Part shown: piece by piece, positions 1 to 11,382 of the stretch
How positions within the stretch are numbered: position 1 is the first letter of the stretch
Layout of the letters: every line of letters starts with the position of its first letter
NCBI GenBank assembly: GCA_021286705.1
Contig: JAJTBW010000002.1
Span: forward strand, 1 to 59,414
From: Sphingobacteriia bacterium
Lineage (GTDB): Bacteria > Bacteroidota > Bacteroidia > Bacteroidales > TTA-H9
Length of the DNA: 59,414 nt
Reading direction: 5' to 3'
Program-made: the position numbers and the translations under genes
Notes under the pieces: model-generated
The model's input: the letters and a program-made list of their open reading frames with translations, nothing else
The model's database searches: none
What the model was told of the DNA's origin: nothing

Positions 1-327
1 TAATCTGCGATTCAAAATTCAACGATTGGCTACTGGCTATTAGCTGCTGGCTACGCACAAAATTCTCATAAAAGTTGTTTTAAGAGATAATCTAAAAAGA
101 GAACACTACAGGGGAACACTAAAAAGAATACTCAAAGAGCCAGATGAAATACCAAATTGCGAATCCAGATTTGCTCAAACAACCAACTGAATAGATTTTT
201 TGGAAAAAAGATTCAAATGACCGAAAGAAAAGCTCTAAAAAGGAGCACAAGCAGCTTTTTTTAGATAAAAATGGCACGATTTATAAAATATTAAGGAAAT
301 TAGATTGTTTGACGATATCACGTTTTA

Positions 328-335
328 TATATTTG
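328..335 (+). promoter_or_regulatory. Bacteroidota -7 promoter motif TATATTTG (TAnnTTTG) upstream of ugd
   Basis: Exact TAnnTTTG match 44 nt upstream of the ATG at 379. Confidence 0.45.
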
Positions 336-378
336 TTTAGGAAACAACAACCATCTAAAAACCTCAAACATCAAGAAC

Positions 379-1704
379 ATGAAAATAACGATCGTTGGTA
401 CAGGTTATGTAGGACTAGTAACTGGGACATGCTTTGCTGAAGTAGGCATTGATGTTACCTGTGTGGATATCGATGTAAAAAAGATTGAAAATTTAAAGAA
501 GGGTATTATTCCAATTTATGAGCCAGGATTGGAGCCCATGGTTATAAGAAACGTAGAAAAAGGTCGGTTACATTTCTCAACTGATTTAAAGGCAACTATA
601 GAAGAAGGAACAGAGGTAATCTTTTCAGCAGTAGGGACACCACCAGACGAAGATGGCAGTGCCGATTTAAAATATGTTCTTGACGTAGCTCGTACAGTTG
701 GAAGTTGCATAAACGACTATGTATTGATAGTTACAAAAAGCACTGTACCTGTTGGCACAGCTGAAAAGGTAAGGAAAGCTGTTCAAGAGGCATTAGACAA
801 AAGAGGTGCAAAAATTTCATTTGATGTGGCTTCCAATCCTGAGTTTCTTAAAGAAGGCGATGCTTTAAATGACTTTTTAAAGCCCGATCGCATAGTATGT
901 GGAGTAGATACAGATAGAGCCCAAGAGCTTTTCTCACGTCTCTACAAACCATTTACCCTTAATGGACACCCAGTAATCTTTATGGATATTCCATCAGCTG
1001 AGATGACCAAATATGCAGCCAATTCTATGTTAGCCACTAAGATTAGTTTCATGAATGATGTTGCTAACTTATGCGAAAGAGTTGGGGCCGATGTCAATAA
1101 AGTCAGAAGAGGTATAGGAACTGATTCACGTATTGGAACAAAATTCATTTATCCTGGAATTGGATATGGTGGAAGTTGTTTCCCTAAAGATGTTAAAGCC
1201 TTAATAAAAACTGCGGATGAGTTTGGATATTCAATGCGTGTTTTAAAAGCCGTAGAAGAGGTTAATGAAGATCAGAAGTCGGTTCTGTTTAACAAAGCCA
1301 TGAAGCATTTTGGTGATCTAAAAGGCAAGACTATTGCTCTTTGGGGATTATCGTTCAAACCGCAGACTGATGATATGCGTGAAGCTCCTTCCGTAGTCAT
1401 CGTAAAAAACCTACTTGAGGCAGGTGTTACAGTAAAAGCTTATGACCCTGTTGCTATGCACGAAGCACAACGCATATTGGGCGATTCTATTTCTTATGCA
1501 ATGGATCAGTATGAGGCTCTTATTGATGCTGATGGACTTATGGTAGTGACAGAATGGTCAGAATTCAAATTCCCCAACTTTAATGTTGTGAAAAAGCTCA
1601 TGCATAAGCCGGTGATTTTTGATGGACGAAATATTTACGATATTGCAGAGATGAAGCAACTGGATATCAACTACTACTGCATTGGTATAGATACCCAAAA
1701 ATAA
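379..1704 (+). CDS. ugd: UDP-glucose 6-dehydrogenase
   Basis: 441 aa. N-terminal Rossmann motif [12 protein letters not shown] and catalytic Cys region [10 protein letters not shown]. Length typical of the UDP-glucose/GDP-mannose dehydrogenase family. Confidence 0.93.
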   Translation: MKITIVGTGYVGLVTGTCFAEVGIDVTCVDIDVKKIENLKKGIIPIYEPGLEPMVIRNVEKGRLHFSTDLKATIEEGTEVIFSAVGTPPDEDGSADLKYVLDVARTVGSCINDYVLIVTKSTVPVGTAEKVRKAVQEALDKRGAKISFDVASNPEFLKEGDALNDFLKPDRIVCGVDTDRAQELFSRLYKPFTLNGHPVIFMDIPSAEMTKYAANSMLATKISFMNDVANLCERVGADVNKVRRGIGTDSRIGTKFIYPGIGYGGSCFPKDVKALIKTADEFGYSMRVLKAVEEVNEDQKSVLFNKAMKHFGDLKGKTIALWGLSFKPQTDDMREAPSVVIVKNLLEAGVTVKAYDPVAMHEAQRILGDSISYAMDQYEALIDADGLMVVTEWSEFKFPNFNVVKKLMHKPVIFDGRNIYDIAEMKQLDINYYCIGIDTQK

Positions 1705-1828
1705 ACGATAATGTCGTAATTAATCTAAGTTCTGCCGGCTCACCGAAAGGGTGGTCCGGCAGTGCTTGCAGAATGTATCAGGTATAACCCGGCCATCCTA
1801 CGGGTCAAATGATCTTAAAAGAAACAAA

Positions 1829-2767
1829 ATGAAGAAAAAGATTTTGGTTACTGGTGGTGCCGGATTTATAGGCTCTCACCTCTGTGAGCGTCTGCTCAAT
1901 GAAGGGAATGAAGTTGTTTGTCTTGATAACTATTTCACTGGTCAGAAAGAAAATATTGTACACCTTTTAAAGAATCCCTATTTCGAGTTAATAAGACACG
2001 ATGTCACAATGCCTTTCTTCATCGAAGTAGATGAGATTTACAATATGGCCTGCCCTGCCAGTCCGATTCATTACCAGTACAACTCCATTAAGACGATAAA
2101 AACATCGGTTATGGGTGCCATTAATATGCTGGGACTGGCTAAACGTATTAAAGCAAAGATTCTACAAGCTAGTACAAGTGAGGTTTATGGTGATCCTAAG
2201 GTTCACCCTCAAACCGAATCATATTGGGGAAATGTGAACCCTATAGGGCCTAGAGCATGTTATGATGAAGGAAAGCGCTGCGCCGAAACTCTCTTTGTTA
2301 GCTATCACCAACAGAACAATGTCAGAGTAAAACTCATGCGTATATTCAATACCTATGGGCCAAGGATGCATCCTAATGACGGTAGGGTAGTTTCAAACTT
2401 TATCGTACAGGCTCTCCAGGGAAAAGATATTACCATTTATGGAGATGGAACCCAGACCCGTAGTTTCCAGTATGTCGATGATCTGGTAGAAGGGGCTATC
2501 CGCCTTATGGCAACCGGTGACGATTTTATTGGACCAGTTAACATTGGCAATCCTGGTGAATTTACAATGCTTGAACTAGCAGAGAAAGTATTAAAGCTGA
2601 CCGGATCTTCCTCCAAAATAATCCACATGCCTCTTCCTGCTGATGATCCCCTTCAACGTAAACCGGATATTTCATTAGCTAAAGAAAAACTAAACTGGGA
2701 GCCACTCATTCCTCTGGAAGAGGGTCTTATTAAGACCATTGACTATTTTAAGACCATTGTAAAATGA
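1829..2767 (+). CDS. UDP-glucuronate decarboxylase (UDP-xylose synthase-type extended SDR)
   Basis: [14 protein letters not shown] motif and YDEGKR catalytic Tyr/Lys region. The ORF-track start at 1751 is a GTG extension, so the ATG at 1829 ([10 protein letters not shown]) is preferred. Confidence 0.85.
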   Translation: MKKKILVTGGAGFIGSHLCERLLNEGNEVVCLDNYFTGQKENIVHLLKNPYFELIRHDVTMPFFIEVDEIYNMACPASPIHYQYNSIKTIKTSVMGAINMLGLAKRIKAKILQASTSEVYGDPKVHPQTESYWGNVNPIGPRACYDEGKRCAETLFVSYHQQNNVRVKLMRIFNTYGPRMHPNDGRVVSNFIVQALQGKDITIYGDGTQTRSFQYVDDLVEGAIRLMATGDDFIGPVNIGNPGEFTMLELAEKVLKLTGSSSKIIHMPLPADDPLQRKPDISLAKEKLNWEPLIPLEEGLIKTIDYFKTIVK

Positions 2768-3621
2768 TAAAGCAATCAGTTTTAGTTACAGGAAGTAATG
2801 GTCAATTAGGCAATGAACTGCAGATATTAGCCAATGAGTATAGTAATCTTACGTTCCTTTTTAAGGATTTAGATTTGAATATCACAGATTATGAAGCTCT
2901 GGATGGTTTTTTTGCAACGAATAAAATTGAATGGGTTATCAACTGCGCAGCCTATACAGCAGTAGATAAAGCAGAAGAAGAGAACGAAAAAGCCTGGCTT
3001 ATTAACGCCGAGGGTCCTAAAAATTTGGCAAAAGTCTCAGCAAAATATAATGCTAGGTTCATCCATATTAGCACTGATTATGTCTTTAGTGGTCAAGCGT
3101 GGCTACCTTATCGTGAAGACGACCAAGTATCGCCAAACTCTTTCTACGGAAAATCAAAGTTAGCGGGTGAGACTTTAACGCTAACCGAAAACCCAGATGC
3201 AGTAATTATTAGAACAGCTTGGCTCTATTCACAATTTGGTAATAACTTTGTGAAGACAATGCGTAAGTATGGGGCAGAGCGGGGAATGCTTCGGGTTGTA
3301 TTTGATCAAATAGGCTCACCAACATGGGCTGCCGATTTAGCAAAAGCCATTTTACGAGGCATAGAAAAGAATATCCGAGCCGGAATCTATCATTTCTCAA
3401 ATGAAGGAGTCTGTTCTTGGTATGATTTTGCTAAGGCTATCATAGAGCTCTCTAAAATTGATTGTAAAGTGACGCCCATAACAACAGATAAATATCCACT
3501 TCCTGCGCCAAGGCCAAGCTATAGTGTCTTTAATAAAGAGAAAATATCGGAAGAACTTGGTTTAGACATTCCCCATTGGAGGTCTAGCTTAATAGAGTGT
3601 ATTTCTTTACTAGATAAATAA
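2764..3621 (+). CDS. rfbD: dTDP-4-dehydrorhamnose reductase
   Basis: 285 aa. [17 protein letters not shown] and YGKSKLAGE (YxxxK) motifs typical of RmlD. The start overlaps the upstream stop (ATGA). Confidence 0.85.
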   Translation: MIKQSVLVTGSNGQLGNELQILANEYSNLTFLFKDLDLNITDYEALDGFFATNKIEWVINCAAYTAVDKAEEENEKAWLINAEGPKNLAKVSAKYNARFIHISTDYVFSGQAWLPYREDDQVSPNSFYGKSKLAGETLTLTENPDAVIIRTAWLYSQFGNNFVKTMRKYGAERGMLRVVFDQIGSPTWAADLAKAILRGIEKNIRAGIYHFSNEGVCSWYDFAKAIIELSKIDCKVTPITTDKYPLPAPRPSYSVFNKEKISEELGLDIPHWRSSLIECISLLDK

Positions 3622-3654
3622 AAAGACTCTGCTTCCAAAGAAAACAGTAAACCT

Positions 3655-5394
3655 ATGAACACGAATTTAATTGCTGAAGAGATCCTGAATAGAGCTAAAA
3701 AATGGACTTTAGAGCCTTTTGATCAGGAAACGCGTACCGAGGTGACCAATCTCATTCAAAACAATCCGACTGCGGTAACAGATGCCTTCTATCGTGACCT
3801 AGAGTTCGGGACAGGTGGTCTGCGAGGCATCATGGGACCGGGCACAAACCGCATGAATAGATACACGGTTGGCATGGCAACACAAGGACTTGCCAATTAC
3901 CTCAAAAAAAACTTCAGCGACAGAAAACAGATAAGTGTAGCCATCAGCTACGACTCTCGGAATAACAACACTCTCTTCGCCGATACGGTTGCATCTGTCC
4001 TGACTGGAAATAATATCAAGGTATTTTTATCAGACACCTTACGGCCAACACCAGAACTCTCATTTGCTATCCGCCACCTGGGCTGCGAAAGCGGTATTAT
4101 GATTACGGCTTCTCATAACCCTAAAGAGTATAATGGTTATAAAGTTTATTGGGAAGATGGCGCTCAGGTTATTCCACCTCATGATGAAGGAATAATTGAT
4201 GAAGTTAGAAAGATTAGTTCGGTTAATGAGGTAATCTTTGAAGCCAACCCAAGTCTTATTACATCATTTGGGGAAGAGGTAGACAGAGCCTATCTTGCAG
4301 AAATAATCAAACTATCTCTTAGCCCTGAGGCCGTTAAAAAGCAGGCTGAAATGAAAATAGTCTATACGGCAATTCACGGAACCGGAACCAAATTGACTCC
4401 TGCTGCACTTGCCTCATTTGGCTTTAAAAACATTATCCCCGTCGAGGCTCAGATGATTCCCGATGGTAATTTTCCTACAGTACATTCACCAAATCCTGAA
4501 GAACCGGCTGCATTAGCTATGGCTATTAAGTTAGCGAAAGAAGAAAAGGCAGCACTAGTTATGGCCACCGATCCCGATGCAGACCGAGTTGGCATCGCCG
4601 TTCCGGATGACTCAGGTGAGTTTATCCTTCTCAATGGAAATCAAACAGCCTCTCTCCTACTCTATTATCTATTAAACAGATACAAAGAGCTCGGAACCCT
4701 ACCAAATAACAGCTATATCATTAAGACTATCGTCACTACTGAACTACTAGCCGATATGGCTAAAAATGCTGAAATACCTTGTTTTGATGTTCTTACCGGA
4801 TTCAAATATATTGCCGGTCTAATAAGAGAAAGAGAACATGAACATACCTATCTGTTTGGTGGTGAAGAGAGCTATGGATACCTATTTGGGGACTTTGTCA
4901 GAGATAAAGATGCTGTTTCAGCATGCTGTATGATAGCTGAGACAGCTGCATGGGCTGCAACCAGAGGACAGAGTATGCTGAACCTCCTCGAAGAGATCTA
5001 CCAAAAGTATGGGCTCTACATTGAAGGATTACTATCAATAACCCGACCCGGAAAGACTGGTGCCGACGAGATTATTGCCATGATGGCTGGTTATAGACAG
5101 ACACCCCCCACAGTGATAAATGGATCCAAAGTGATTAGAATCATTGATTATAAATCACAACAAAACAACGACCTACTGAATAATACTATTACGGTAGTAA
5201 ACCAGCCAATATCTGACGTTATTCAGTTTTTCACAGCAGATGGGACAAAGATAACCGTAAGACCATCGGGAACAGAGCCTAAGATCAAATTCTATTTCGG
5301 GGTTAAAGTTCCAATAGAAGGTACGGTCAAGGCATCAACAGAGAAAGCACTCCATCAAATTGAGTTGATTAAAAAAGAGATGAATCTTATTTAG
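3655..5394 (+). CDS. phosphoglucomutase/phosphomannomutase (alpha-D-phosphohexomutase family)
   Basis: 579 aa. Phosphoserine loop TASHNPKEYNGYK and metal-binding loop ATDPDADR. Confidence 0.88.
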   Translation: MNTNLIAEEILNRAKKWTLEPFDQETRTEVTNLIQNNPTAVTDAFYRDLEFGTGGLRGIMGPGTNRMNRYTVGMATQGLANYLKKNFSDRKQISVAISYDSRNNNTLFADTVASVLTGNNIKVFLSDTLRPTPELSFAIRHLGCESGIMITASHNPKEYNGYKVYWEDGAQVIPPHDEGIIDEVRKISSVNEVIFEANPSLITSFGEEVDRAYLAEIIKLSLSPEAVKKQAEMKIVYTAIHGTGTKLTPAALASFGFKNIIPVEAQMIPDGNFPTVHSPNPEEPAALAMAIKLAKEEKAALVMATDPDADRVGIAVPDDSGEFILLNGNQTASLLLYYLLNRYKELGTLPNNSYIIKTIVTTELLADMAKNAEIPCFDVLTGFKYIAGLIREREHEHTYLFGGEESYGYLFGDFVRDKDAVSACCMIAETAAWAATRGQSMLNLLEEIYQKYGLYIEGLLSITRPGKTGADEIIAMMAGYRQTPPTVINGSKVIRIIDYKSQQNNDLLNNTITVVNQPISDVIQFFTADGTKITVRPSGTEPKIKFYFGVKVPIEGTVKASTEKALHQIELIKKEMNLI

Positions 5395-5523
5395 ATTAGA
5401 ACTGCTCTTAATCGATTTGGGGTTGATCCATTCGGTGAAAAAAAAAGTTAGGTTAATTCTTTTCAAAATGCTTAAATGATTCATACCTCTACATAACGAG
5501 TAAACATTACTTAGAAAACAAAT

Positions 5524-5574
5524 GGCTCCGAGATGAAAATTTTTTTTGAACTTTCGTCTCGGAGCCTTATTTTA
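5524..5574 (+). terminator. Rho-independent terminator after the phosphohexomutase gene
   Basis: GGCTCCGAGATGAAA ... TTTCGTCTCGGAGCC stem (14/15 bp) followed by TTATTTTA. Confidence 0.6.
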
Positions 5575-5733
5575 AACATTTTAAATGAAGCTTATCATAC
5601 GCCAATAAATAGAGTTAAAAATCGTTTTGCTTTACTCACACAGGATGTTTCTTACTACCTTCATTAAAGATTTAATATCTGGAAACTTAATTTATACGCC
5701 TTTCAGAGAAATTGCCTACCGAATTGTATTCTC

Positions 5734-7758
5734 ATGCGAAGAAAATCTGAGAAAGCCATAATCCAGAAGTCTGACAGGATAAAAGAAACCAGGCATTTGC
5801 TTCCGTTTCTTATTCTCTCAATTACACTATACCTTATCTCAGAAAACGTTTTTTCACAACACCCATGTAATGTATTGGTAAGAGATACACTAAAGCTATG
5901 TCACGGTACTGTTGTTGAGTTAGACGGAACCAGGTTCCTGCTGAATAAGGACACGCTTATCATAGGTCAAAAGAGTAAGAGTGTCAGAATCATCTCCGAC
6001 CCAATACATCAACGCACAACTCTTTATGACACACTAAGGGCTAAAGCTTATAGGCAAGGTAAATGGACTGGAAAGTTCTTTGATTTGCTCATTAAAAGTG
6101 GGAATACAGATTTATTAAATAACCGTGATTTAACAAAGAACCCAGATAAAAGAGAGAATCTATATCGAGAGTATAAGGGCTATAAAATCAGAGATATATA
6201 CTTTTACCGACTTGAGGCATTTGGCCCCGAAATTGGCAACCCAACTTTAAAACCAGAGTCTTCAATAGCCTCCTTAGCAAATAGGCTACATAAAGTATCA
6301 CGAGAGCAATTAATACGTAAGAACCTCTTCATAAAAAAAGGAGACAAGATTGATCCTGAACTGATGGAGACTCAGGCTGCACTAATCCGAGACCTCCCCT
6401 ACTTCAAAGATGTTGAGATTCTCGTCGTTCCCACTGAGGATACAGAAGGGTATGCTGATCTTATCGTCATAACGAAAGACCTTTTTCCATTTGGTATAGA
6501 TATTAAAATCTATAAACCTACCAAGTTTGATCTCGGCATTTTCAATCGTAACTTCCTTGGATATGGCCATAATCTTGAAGTTAGTGCTCGTATGAATTTT
6601 GATCAAGGTACCCCTGTAACGTTAGGGAGCGCCTATTATCAAATAAAAAACATTGGAGGGACCTTTATAGACCTAGACGCTCGTCTCGATCGGGACATCT
6701 ATCAATCAACCTATACCGTTTCAGCTGCACGAGACTTTACAAATACAACTAAAAACACCATCGGTGGAGTAGAATTTGGTCATTACGTACTAAAGCAAAA
6801 CAACTACCAGACTGAGGTTTCGAGTGTCGATCTAAAATACAACACACAATCAATCTGGTTAGGCAGATCCATTGATCTTAAGATCAACGACATGACAATG
6901 AAAATAGCTTTAACTGGTGCTATTAACAATCGCATTTACACCGTTCGCCCTTATACAACTGAAAAAAACTCTCTGTATGAAAATCGTAACATGTTATTAA
7001 TGGCTCTTGATTTTTGGAGGAGCAGATATATAACAGACCGATACATCTATCAGTTTGGCTCTACAGAAGATGTTAATATCGGGTATAGTCTTCGGCTCCT
7101 AGCAGGAAAAGAACAAACAGAATTTAACGTAAGAAAGTACACTCAGGCAACGATGCGATTTGGGATTATGACATCCAGATATGGCTATTTCTCGGTTTCA
7201 GCAGCATGTGATGCATATTGGAATGAAAAGAAAACAGAGCAGGGAATGGTTCAAATTCAAGGTAGTTACATCTCACCATTACAGAGAATGGGACCCTATT
7301 TTATACGTCACTTTTTAAATATCGACTTCACAAGAGGCTTCAATCGGTTGCCTGGAGAAAAAATAAACACAGTTACCTGGCTTGGGGTCAGTGGTATAAA
7401 CAGTTCTGATACCATATATTTTGCCGGTGATTCTCGCTTTGCGTTTAATTTTGCAAGCGTTATCTACACCCCATTATATCTCTATGGTTTCAGGATCGCG
7501 GGATTTACCTACTTTCACGGCGCTTGGATCGGCGGCAGAATACCTCCACTTGAAGATGATGTCTTTAACACCGGCTTTGGTTTTGGATTCTTTATAAGGA
7601 ATGAGAACTTAGTTCTGCAAACTATCAAATTCAGAGTTGGATTCTATCCAGAACTACCAGAACAGAGAAAAGGTATAATCTTTGAGTTTAAGGGGATAAG
7701 CATGCTTAGACTACCAACCTTTAGACCATCGGTACCTAGAGTTCTTCATTATATTTAA
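5734..7758 (+). CDS. putative outer-membrane beta-barrel protein (Omp85/BamA-like, uncertain)
   Basis: 674 aa. Hydrophobic N-terminal signal-like segment, and a C-terminal half rich in alternating aromatic/Gly beta-strand patterns. No catalytic motif recognised. Confidence 0.4.
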   Translation: MRRKSEKAIIQKSDRIKETRHLLPFLILSITLYLISENVFSQHPCNVLVRDTLKLCHGTVVELDGTRFLLNKDTLIIGQKSKSVRIISDPIHQRTTLYDTLRAKAYRQGKWTGKFFDLLIKSGNTDLLNNRDLTKNPDKRENLYREYKGYKIRDIYFYRLEAFGPEIGNPTLKPESSIASLANRLHKVSREQLIRKNLFIKKGDKIDPELMETQAALIRDLPYFKDVEILVVPTEDTEGYADLIVITKDLFPFGIDIKIYKPTKFDLGIFNRNFLGYGHNLEVSARMNFDQGTPVTLGSAYYQIKNIGGTFIDLDARLDRDIYQSTYTVSAARDFTNTTKNTIGGVEFGHYVLKQNNYQTEVSSVDLKYNTQSIWLGRSIDLKINDMTMKIALTGAINNRIYTVRPYTTEKNSLYENRNMLLMALDFWRSRYITDRYIYQFGSTEDVNIGYSLRLLAGKEQTEFNVRKYTQATMRFGIMTSRYGYFSVSAACDAYWNEKKTEQGMVQIQGSYISPLQRMGPYFIRHFLNIDFTRGFNRLPGEKINTVTWLGVSGINSSDTIYFAGDSRFAFNFASVIYTPLYLYGFRIAGFTYFHGAWIGGRIPPLEDDVFNTGFGFGFFIRNENLVLQTIKFRVGFYPELPEQRKGIIFEFKGISMLRLPTFRPSVPRVLHYI

Positions 7759-7856
7759 TAATCATGTTATGATGAAGACAATTCGAATTCTAATAATTAT
7801 CGTAGAAAATTTAAAATCGGGCTTACCATAAATAAAATTAAACTGACAAATTTCTA

Positions 7857-8504
7857 ATGAACATTGAAGGAGTAATCTTTGATATGGATGGTACTATCAT
7901 CCATAATTACAAATATCATGTTGATGCTTGGCTCAGAGTTTGTAAGGAGCTGGGAATTAATAAAACAGAAGATGAAGTGTTAAGTCTCTTTGGAAAGACA
8001 AATGCTGAAACCTTTTATGCCCTTCTTGGTTATGACCTCCCAGATAACGAGTTACATTACTGGGCAGAAAGGAAAGAGATATTCTACAGAGATGGTTACA
8101 AAGGCCATGTGGAACCAATCAATGGCTTAATTCCTTTTCTTGACTTCTTAAAAAACAAAGGAATTAAAACCGGCTTAGCGACAAGTGCCCCTACAGAAAA
8201 TGTAGATTTTGTACTTACTGAAGCTAATCTGAAAAATCGATTTGACATAATAACAGATGCATCAGGCGTTTCAAAAGGAAAACCAGACCCAGAAATCTTT
8301 CTTTTAACAGCAAAACGGCTATCGGTGAGACCTGAACAATGTCTGGTATTTGAAGACGCACCTCTTGGTATTATGGCTGCAAGATCCGCCAAGATGAAAG
8401 TCATCTCACTTATAACTACCTTTAGGAAAGAGCAATTGCCAGAAGCAGATCTTTTCATCAACGATTATACGGATCTGGATCATTATTTGAATCAACTTTT
8501 TTAA
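7857..8504 (+). CDS. HAD-IA family hydrolase (beta-phosphoglucomutase-like)
   Basis: Motif I FDMDGT, motif II ATSA, motif III SKGKPDP and motif IV FEDAPLG. Confidence 0.8.
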   Translation: MNIEGVIFDMDGTIIHNYKYHVDAWLRVCKELGINKTEDEVLSLFGKTNAETFYALLGYDLPDNELHYWAERKEIFYRDGYKGHVEPINGLIPFLDFLKNKGIKTGLATSAPTENVDFVLTEANLKNRFDIITDASGVSKGKPDPEIFLLTAKRLSVRPEQCLVFEDAPLGIMAARSAKMKVISLITTFRKEQLPEADLFINDYTDLDHYLNQLF

Positions 8505-8588
8505 TCCCTAAATACCGAGAAAGTGGAATTATTTAGATGCAAGAAAACTCTTTTCTTGCCCAGTGTGCATTATTCCGTTATGAAATTG

Positions 8589-8596
8589 TAATTTTG
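8589..8596 (+). promoter_or_regulatory. -7 promoter motif TAATTTTG upstream of feoAB
   Basis: Exact TAnnTTTG match 23 nt upstream of the ATG at 8619. Confidence 0.4.
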
Positions 8597-8618
8597 TAAT
8601 TTAAAATTAATCTAAATA

Positions 8619-11204
8619 ATGTCCACTCTTTCTGATTTAAGACAAGGAGAGACTGCGTTAATCGTAAAAGTGAGAGGACGTGGTGCATTTCGGCGAAGGA
8701 TCATGGAAATGGGATTCATTGCCGGAAAGAGAGTTACTGTAATTCGTAAAGCACCACTTCAGGATCCTGTTGAGTATAACATTATGGGTTATAATGTCTC
8801 GCTAAGGAACACCGAAGCTTCACTTATTGAGATAGACATGGCTCACAACTTCTTCGATGAGAATGAGATAAGGGAATGTCATTGGGAACACGGAGAAAGA
8901 AGACACGCCAGGCATAAAAGGCACCATAAATGTAGTTGCGGCCATGCTGAATGCCATCATGGGCATCATTCCAATGCAAATCAGCCACATGTTTTTGGTA
9001 CGGAGATTATTGTCGCCGTGGTTGGAAATCCTAATGCCGGTAAAACGACCCTCTTCAATTATGCATCTGGTTCACATGAGCGAGTGGGCAATTACAGCGG
9101 AGTAACTGTTGATGCTAAGGAGGCGGAGATTCATCATAATGGATATAAGATTATCTTAATTGATTTACCTGGAACCTATTCCGTTAGTGCCTATACCCCT
9201 GAAGAGGTTTATGTTAGAAATAACCTACTGACCAAAATACCGGATATAGTTCTCAACGTTGTTGATGCATCAAATCTTGAGAGGAATCTTTTTTTGACTA
9301 CCCAGCTCATCGACATGGATTTAAAAGTGGTAATGGCACTAAACATGTTCGATGAAATTGAAACCAGAGGAGATCAACTTGACTATGGTACCTTAGCTAG
9401 ATTACTCGGAGTGCCAGCTGTTCCAACAGTTGGCTCCAAAGGAAGAGGGATAAAAGATCTACTTGACAAAATAATCGAAGTCTTTACAGATGCTGATCCA
9501 GACTTTCGTCATATACATATTAATTACGGTGACCGGCTTGAAAAGGCCATTCGCTCAGTTCAGGAGAAAATCAAAAGACCAGAGAACCGCTATCTTACTG
9601 ACCTAATCAGTTCACGCTACCTGGCAATTAAACTCCTTGAGAACGATCAATACGAAACGGATCGGATAAATCAACTCTCAAACAAAAAGGAGATTCTTAA
9701 TGCTGCATCTTATGAGCGGAAGAAAGTAGAAGACTTTTCAGGAGATTCAATAGAGACATTGATTACAGATGCAAAATATGGTTTTATTAACGGGGCTATC
9801 AAAGAGACCCTTAAGCCGGGTGAAGTAACACAACGCAAGAACACAGAAATTATTGATGCCTTCTTTACCCATAAACTCTTTGGTATCCCAATCTTTCTTG
9901 CACTAATGTGGTTGATGTTTCAGGCAACGTTTACCTTAGGAAACTACCCGGTAGCATGGATTGAGGCGGGCGTGAGTTATATTTCATCGTTGGTAGACAA
10001 TTATATGGCGGCAGGGATGCTAAAAGATCTTATCAAAGATGGGATTATTGGTGGTATAGGTGGTGTAATTGTTTTCTTACCCAATATTCTTCTTCTATTC
10101 TTTTTCATTTCACTCATGGAAGATACAGGCTATATGGCTAGAGCCGTGTTTATCATGGATAAGATAATGCATCGTATTGGGTTGCATGGAAAATCATTTA
10201 TTCCACTATTAATGGGCTTTGGTTGTACCGTACCGGCTATCATGGCCACACGCACACTTGAAAACAGAAATGATAGGATGATCACCATGCTAATCAATCC
10301 CTTTATGTCATGTAGTGCCAGACTTCCCGTTTATGTTCTCTTCATTAGCGCCTTCTTCCCTGAAAACCCGGGAACGGTACTGTTTCTCATTTACGCAATA
10401 GGAATACTTACAGCTGTTGCCATAGCATTGCTCCTTAAAAAGACCCTCTTCAGAATAGAGACGGTTCCTTTTGTTATGGAACTCCCCCCATACCGCATTC
10501 CTACCAAAAAAGCCATATTGACTCACATGTGGGATAAAGGAGTTCAATATCTAAAGAAAATTGGAGGAATAATCCTGGTAGCTTCAATCATAGTCTGGGC
10601 CTTAGGATACTTCCCCCTCGACAGAAAAGTTAATATCACTTATCATCAACAGATAGAGAAGACCAAAAGCCAGTATGATATTAAAATCTCGACTACCACT
10701 GATTATACACAATCAAAACTGTTACAAGCTGAAAGAGACAGCATAATAAAGAGTATTGAAGGAAACATCCAGATGCACCATCAGGAAGGATCATACATTG
10801 GTCAAATGGGCAAATTCATTGAACCAGTTATCTCTCCATTGGGTTTTGATTGGAAGATGGGGGTAAGTATTCTTGCTGGTGTTCCGGGAAAAGAGATCGT
10901 TGTTAGCACCCTTGCAGTTCTAATCAGTCCTTCCCATGATTCTGAACAGAATCTTGTAGATCGATTAAGAAATGAGAGACACAAGAGTGGCGATAAAGTT
11001 GGTACTTTTGTTTATACCCCACTTTCAGCACTCTCATTTATGATCTTTGTCTTACTCTATTTCCCATGTCTTGGAACAATTGCAGTTATAAGTAGAGAAT
11101 CCGGAAGTTGGAAATGGGGAGCCTTTACTATACTCTACACTTCAGGACTAGCTTATTTAGTTAGCCTCATCTTCTTTCAAGTGGGCACACTACTTGGATT
11201 TTAG
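8619..11204 (+). CDS. feoB: ferrous iron transporter, fused FeoA-FeoB with His/Cys-rich linker
   Basis: The N-terminal about 75 aa form a FeoA-like SH3 domain. G-domain motifs are GNPNAGKTTLFN and DLPGTYS. The C-terminal region is a polytopic permease. Confidence 0.92.
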   Translation: MSTLSDLRQGETALIVKVRGRGAFRRRIMEMGFIAGKRVTVIRKAPLQDPVEYNIMGYNVSLRNTEASLIEIDMAHNFFDENEIRECHWEHGERRHARHKRHHKCSCGHAECHHGHHSNANQPHVFGTEIIVAVVGNPNAGKTTLFNYASGSHERVGNYSGVTVDAKEAEIHHNGYKIILIDLPGTYSVSAYTPEEVYVRNNLLTKIPDIVLNVVDASNLERNLFLTTQLIDMDLKVVMALNMFDEIETRGDQLDYGTLARLLGVPAVPTVGSKGRGIKDLLDKIIEVFTDADPDFRHIHINYGDRLEKAIRSVQEKIKRPENRYLTDLISSRYLAIKLLENDQYETDRINQLSNKKEILNAASYERKKVEDFSGDSIETLITDAKYGFINGAIKETLKPGEVTQRKNTEIIDAFFTHKLFGIPIFLALMWLMFQATFTLGNYPVAWIEAGVSYISSLVDNYMAAGMLKDLIKDGIIGGIGGVIVFLPNILLLFFFISLMEDTGYMARAVFIMDKIMHRIGLHGKSFIPLLMGFGCTVPAIMATRTLENRNDRMITMLINPFMSCSARLPVYVLFISAFFPENPGTVLFLIYAIGILTAVAIALLLKKTLFRIETVPFVMELPPYRIPTKKAILTHMWDKGVQYLKKIGGIILVASIIVWALGYFPLDRKVNITYHQQIEKTKSQYDIKISTTTDYTQSKLLQAERDSIIKSIEGNIQMHHQEGSYIGQMGKFIEPVISPLGFDWKMGVSILAGVPGKEIVVSTLAVLISPSHDSEQNLVDRLRNERHKSGDKVGTFVYTPLSALSFMIFVLLYFPCLGTIAVISRESGSWKWGAFTILYTSGLAYLVSLIFFQVGTLLGF

Positions 11205-11295
11205 ACTAAATTTTAAAGACTTAGAGTAAGATTTTGATTATTATTGGCAATTGTAATATCAAAAACTATCACTAAAGAATCTAGAATTAAAAAGA

Positions 11296-11369
11296 AATTC
11301 TCTTCATCTTATTCCATTGCTTCTCAAAAAGAGAATAAAAGCAACCTTTCGAATAAGATGAAGAGAATT
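11296..11369. terminator. bidirectional terminator hairpin between convergent feoB and etfA
   Basis: Perfect 19-bp inverted repeat AATTCTCTTCATCTTATTC / GAATAAGATGAAGAGAATT with a 36-nt loop, flanked by A/T runs. Confidence 0.55.
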
Positions 11370-11382
11370 CAAAAGACGTTGA

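Noticed and set aside
1751-1828. N-terminal extensions in the ORF track (1751-1828 GTG start, 20558-20614 TTG start, 40277-40327 GTG start)
   Set aside because: Each extension precedes an ATG that begins the conserved domain or signal peptide. The 20558 extension would also overlap the TACCTTTG promoter motif.
8096-8461. 121-aa minus-strand ORF inside the HAD hydrolase gene
   Set aside because: It is antisense to a well-supported CDS, has no motifs, and has no separate promoter or terminator context.
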